Shown here: in pieces, positions 60,688 through 64,000 of the stretch
Numbering within the stretch: the first letter of the stretch is position 1
Layout: each line of letters begins with the position of its first letter
NCBI GenBank assembly: GCA_001920415.1
Contig: MNJR01000004.1
Location: 1,479 to 65,478 of the forward strand
Direction: 5' to 3'
Length of the DNA stretch: 64,000 nucleotides
Source of the DNA: Acidobacteria bacterium 13_1_20CM_3_53_8
Lineage (GTDB): Bacteria > Acidobacteriota > Blastocatellia > Pyrinomonadales > Pyrinomonadaceae
Notes under the pieces: generated by a model
What the model was told of the DNA's origin: nothing
The model's input: only the letters and a program-made list of their open reading frames with translations
Databases searched by the model: none
Position numbers and translations under genes: made by a program

Positions 60688-62112
60688 TCAGTCATTGAAC
60701 TGAATCGAGCGAAGGATGTTGCCGAATGCGCCCTGGTAGTAGCTGTACTCGTTCGCTGGTGTGACGGCGATCATGTAGAAGAGTTGGCCGTTGCGCAGTT
60801 GCGTTGTGATGACCGTGATAATTTCGGGGCGACCGGTCGCCTCGTTGATATTATCAAGGCTGATAGAGAGGCCGTAGCGATTGCCAACGCGAACCTGCTG
60901 GTAGCCGCTACGCTGGCGCAAGTTGCGATTGCCCTGCGCTAGACCATTCAGAAACTCGCTTGTAGCAGATTGAAGATCGCGGCTCTGCGTTTGCGCCAGT
61001 CCAAGGTTTACGCCGTGCGTAAAGACGGCCTGCCCTTGCGCTGAGCCATAAGCGCCTTCAGGCGCAAACCACACGTCGCTGCTACCGCTGCCACCCAGTT
61101 CACGCCAGTTGTCCGGCACACTCAAGCGAACTATGTTGCCTTCCGTATAAGTGCGGTAGCGACTCGAAGGCGCTTCAACACGACTGCTGACCTGACCTTC
61201 GGGATAGTTGCCGCCGCCTTGGGTCGGGTATCGTTGTCCGCTCTGCGCTATTTCGGCCATTGACGGCGCGCGACCCATGCCGCGCAATCGAGCCTGTATG
61301 CGGTCAAACTCGCGCGTGTCGCGCACAGGATTTTCGACGCGAAGGTACTGCGCCTCCTGATTGATGCGAGCGTAACGATTTGCAGGACTGGGGTGGTCGC
61401 TCAGGAAGGTTGGCGCGCCACGGCTTCCGCCCTGCTGCTCTATAATCTGGAACATGCGCGCGAGGTCTCTTGGATCATAACCGGCACGCGCCATGATTTG
61501 CGAGCCGAGCACGTCTGCTTCTGTCTCATACTCGCGGCTGAATTTCAGGAAGTAAGCTCCGACGGCAGCCTGTCCCAATTGACCCACAGCGGGGCCGCCT
61601 AGTATCGCGCCGCCGATTCCAAGAACGCCCGCGAGGATAGAATATTTTTGAGCTTTGGTCGCCTGCGCCGTTCCGTGACGAAGCGCTACGTGGCTCAATT
61701 CGTGCGCCATCACGCCCGCAAGCTCGCCCTCTCGTTCGGCCACTTCAATCGTTCCGCGATTGACATACATTGGCCCACCGGGCAGCGCGAACGCGTTGAT
61801 GTCGCGCGCGTTCACGACTCTGAAATAGTAATTAAATTCAGGATGCTGAAACTCCGGCGGAATCGCTGCCACCAGACGACGACCGACCGATTCCAGATAG
61901 CTTGTAGCGTCCGAGTCGCGCAAAACCGGCAACTGCTGCTCGGCTTCGGCTGCGGCCTGACGCCCAAGCTGAACGTCATCGCTAGGCTTATACTTATTGC
62001 TGTGATAACTGATTCTAGTCTGCGCAATAGCAGTTAGCGGCGTTGCGAAAATAGCCAGCGCCATGAGCCACGCGGCCAACTTTTGCGCGCGATGATGATT
62101 GTTGTAACCCAT
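60688..62112 (-). CDS. M48-family zinc metalloprotease with a C-terminal beta-rich domain
   Basis: Motif HELSHVALRH (HExxH). I prefer the start at the ATG at 62112 (MGYNNHH..., signal peptide), preceded by GAAGGAGGG. The ORF is open to 62172. Confidence 0.85.
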   Translation of the reverse strand: MGYNNHHRAQKLAAWLMALAIFATPLTAIAQTRISYHSNKYKPSDDVQLGRQAAAEAEQQLPVLRDSDATSYLESVGRRLVAAIPPEFQHPEFNYYFRVVNARDINAFALPGGPMYVNRGTIEVAEREGELAGVMAHELSHVALRHGTAQATKAQKYSILAGVLGIGGAILGGPAVGQLGQAAVGAYFLKFSREYETEADVLGSQIMARAGYDPRDLARMFQIIEQQGGSRGAPTFLSDHPSPANRYARINQEAQYLRVENPVRDTREFDRIQARLRGMGRAPSMAEIAQSGQRYPTQGGGNYPEGQVSSRVEAPSSRYRTYTEGNIVRLSVPDNWRELGGSGSSDVWFAPEGAYGSAQGQAVFTHGVNLGLAQTQSRDLQSATSEFLNGLAQGNRNLRQRSGYQQVRVGNRYGLSISLDNINEATGRPEIITVITTQLRNGQLFYMIAVTPANEYSYYQGAFGNILRSIQFND

Positions 62113-62176
62113 CTTTCCCTCCTTCGGAACAAGCTGGAAATCCCTAGTTTCGCACCTGTCCGTTTTTAGCAAACTA

Positions 62177-62232
62177 AAAGAGCGACTGGCTCTTCTCCGA
62201 TGAAGATTTCGGAGGAGAGCCGGTCGCTCTTT
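62177..62232. other. 56-nt hairpin just upstream of the M48 gene
   Basis: aaagagcgactggctcttctccga pairs with tcggaggagagccggtcgctcttt (2 mismatches). There is no U-tract on either strand. Confidence 0.5.
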
Positions 62233-62560
62233 GAAGACAAGCTCGTAAATTCTCCCCCAAAATTTTCCCGCTTCGCGCCACGCGCAGGGGGAGAGAGCGC
62301 GTTAATCTCTGCCGCATGAGGCGCGTTGTAAATTCAGAACGCGCGCCCCTTTCAATCGGCTCTATTTTGATGAACTCAAGCAAGAGCGGGTTGGCCTCTG
62401 TAAACAGAGGCTTTACCTCTCTTGCCCCTCGATTCCATAGCTTCGCCGCTTTATGTCACGATTTTGCTCAACTTTCTTAACTTCATTGTCAAACTTTAAG
62501 GAAAAGAGGCGCAAGAGAGTTGGCGACCAAGGAGAGAAAACTAAGGGGACATTTCAAAAT

Positions 62561-62691
62561 CCTCTTAGTGAGCTTAAGTATTTCTCTTTGCGCCTTTGCG
62601 AGAACATGCAATTCTCTCTAAGCTCAAGATTGATGATAATTGAGGGTTCACGCTGTAGAAGCAAAGAGAAATACTTAAGCTCGCTAAGAGG
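62561..62691. repeat. Family-I element, copy 2: 31-bp inverted repeats (1 mismatch) around a 69-nt interior
   Basis: cctcttagtgagcttaagtatttctctttgc (62561-62591) pairs with gcaaagagaaatacttaagctcgctaagagg (62661-62691). Confidence 0.85.
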
Positions 62692-62717
62692 TTGAGCAGT
62701 TGTTGCGTTTTTAGCTC

Positions 62718-63479
62718 TTACTTTTTCGGCTCGATGTGTTCGTTGAACCACTTGGTGAGTTCTGCTATCGGGCCGATGCGCAGGTCGTCGCCCTTCCAGA
62801 CTTTTATCAGGCAGATGATTGTGAACACTATTGCACCTATGCTGAATAGCACAGAGGCTAGGCCGAGCATGCCCGATGCGACTCCGCCAAGCGTGTTGTC
62901 GGCAAGCATGCGCGCGATGCGCAGGACAAAGCCCACTATCAATATTACAAGGTGAAGAGAAAGCCCCTGCGCCGCATGATGACGCACGCGCACTTCGCTT
63001 CTTGGCACTAGGAAAAGCTCTACAGCGCCAAGGATTGCGCCTATGTAGAAAGGTATGTAGGGCAGAACCAGCGTCAGGTTTTCCGGTGTGCCTATGCCGG
63101 GGATTGTGCGCGACGTAGGCGGCGTGTTGAAGCTTTGCGGAGCAGCGCTCGGCGCTTGATAAGTTGCAGGTGGCGGCGCGTACTTCGGCGGAATAAAAAC
63201 GGACGGGTAAGACTCTGGCAGAAACGGCGCTTCCATGCGGCGTGTAGGCGCATCCTCGCCCGGCTCGCTTCGAGCCTGCTCGTTTGCCGTGCGAGCCACT
63301 TCTCTAGTCGCGCCGCCCCTTACCTCTTCGGTCGTCTTTGAAGTCGAGCGCGTAGCGCCCCATGCGTCATCCGCGCGCGCAGATACATCATGGTCAAGCG
63401 GATTGGTGTCGTATTTGCTCTTCTTTTCCATCGCAGGCACTCTTCTTATACGCACAACCCCGCGCTCAGGTTCACGCAA
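62718..63479 (-). CDS. Membrane protein of unknown function (DUF4870-like C-terminal TM region, Pro-rich N-terminal half)
   Basis: 253-aa ORF with three C-terminal TM helices (LVLPYIPFYIGAILGAVELFLV, LSLHLVILIVGFVL, ASVLFSIGAIVFTIICL). An alternative start is the ATG at 63431. Confidence 0.6.
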   Translation of the reverse strand: MREPERGVVRIRRVPAMEKKSKYDTNPLDHDVSARADDAWGATRSTSKTTEEVRGGATREVARTANEQARSEPGEDAPTRRMEAPFLPESYPSVFIPPKYAPPPATYQAPSAAPQSFNTPPTSRTIPGIGTPENLTLVLPYIPFYIGAILGAVELFLVPRSEVRVRHHAAQGLSLHLVILIVGFVLRIARMLADNTLGGVASGMLGLASVLFSIGAIVFTIICLIKVWKGDDLRIGPIAELTKWFNEHIEPKK

Positions 63480-63482
63480 GCT

Positions 63483-63950
63483 TCACGCTATCTCGTACCG
63501 AGCGCGTTCCCAGCGCCCCTCTTTTTCGGAAAGCCGGAATGCTCGCACGATAGCCTCGCCTTCAAGTCCAATAATAAAGTATGTGGCCGAAGGATAGTAG
63601 GCCAGGCGCACGTCAGTTTCAGACGGCGCGGGGTCTGCGGAGCGAGGATGCGAGTGATAGATGCCAAGAAGCTGCTCGCCACGCTCGCGCATCAAACGCT
63701 GAGCTGCGAACAAATCTTTCGGCGCAGCTTCGTAAGCGATGAGCGGGTCAGACGCTACGTTCCTCAAACGATAGATAGAGCAGGCGCGTCCCTCGCTCGC
63801 GCCACCTATCAGGCCGCAGCACTCCGATGGACTGGCTTCACGCGCATGCGCGTACATCTCTTCGACGTGCGCGCGAAGAAGGGTTATAGGGTGCCGGGTG
63901 TCAGGTGCCGAGTGCCGGTAACGATTATTGACTGATCTTGAATTATTCAT
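63483..63950 (-). CDS. JAMM/MPN+ metalloprotease (Mov34/Mec+-like)
   Basis: Motifs ECCGLIGG and GIYHSHPRSADPAPSETD (the HxHx7Sx2D JAMM motif). Confidence 0.85.
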   Translation of the reverse strand: MNNSRSVNNRYRHSAPDTRHPITLLRAHVEEMYAHAREASPSECCGLIGGASEGRACSIYRLRNVASDPLIAYEAAPKDLFAAQRLMRERGEQLLGIYHSHPRSADPAPSETDVRLAYYPSATYFIIGLEGEAIVRAFRLSEKEGRWERARYEIA

Positions 63951-64000
63951 CTTCGACCGGGAAGCACGATAAATATTCAGGCTTTGAGTTCCTGCCGACA

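Noticed and set aside
1-64000. An autonomous mobile element (transposase, integrase, recombinase, RAYT) that could explain the many inverted repeats
   Set aside because: No ORF in any frame shows DDE, HUH/Y1, serine-recombinase or tyrosine-recombinase motifs that I can recognise. If the repeats are mobile, they must be non-autonomous and mobilised in trans from elsewhere in the genome.

Overview
This 64-kb window looks like a chromosomal segment from an Acidobacteriota-type genome. That placement is an inference from gene content: an acidobacterial-type VWA protein, a Ser/Thr kinase of the ECF43-associated type with a TolB-like propeller, DUF4214 proteins, and many TPR or secreted proteins. 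I can support about 41 protein-coding genes. They include an S8 protease, a sigma-54 two-component pair, c-di-GMP signalling proteins (HD-GYP/GAF/GGDEF enzyme, PilZ), two Ser/Thr kinases, an OPT transporter, an M14 peptidase, a flotillin-like protein, an ABC1/UbiB kinase, ribF and mazG, and M48 and JAMM proteases. I saw no rRNA, tRNA, CRISPR array, transposase or integrase. Two things stand out. (1) Nearly every intergenic gap carries a long hairpin-forming inverted repeat, and these fall into at least 9 sequence families. Several families have arms that are 7-nt TGA-containing microsatellites and contain the stop codon, and sometimes the last few codons, of adjacent genes. Some elements are nested inside others, which points to mobility. 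One ~130-bp family occurs twice with its interior flipped. (2) The best candidate for an uncharacterised system is a 1020-aa DUF4062 / NB-ARC / TPR STAND NTPase at 29879-32941. It is boxed in by these repeats and followed by a signal-less DUF1906/GH25-like gene. Smaller observations are two AT-rich islands with paralogous DUF4214 proteins, a decayed PIN toxin next to an intact antitoxin, a probable ECF sigma remnant, and a frame break in a giant MBG adhesin gene. All domain calls come from reading motifs by eye; no searches were run.
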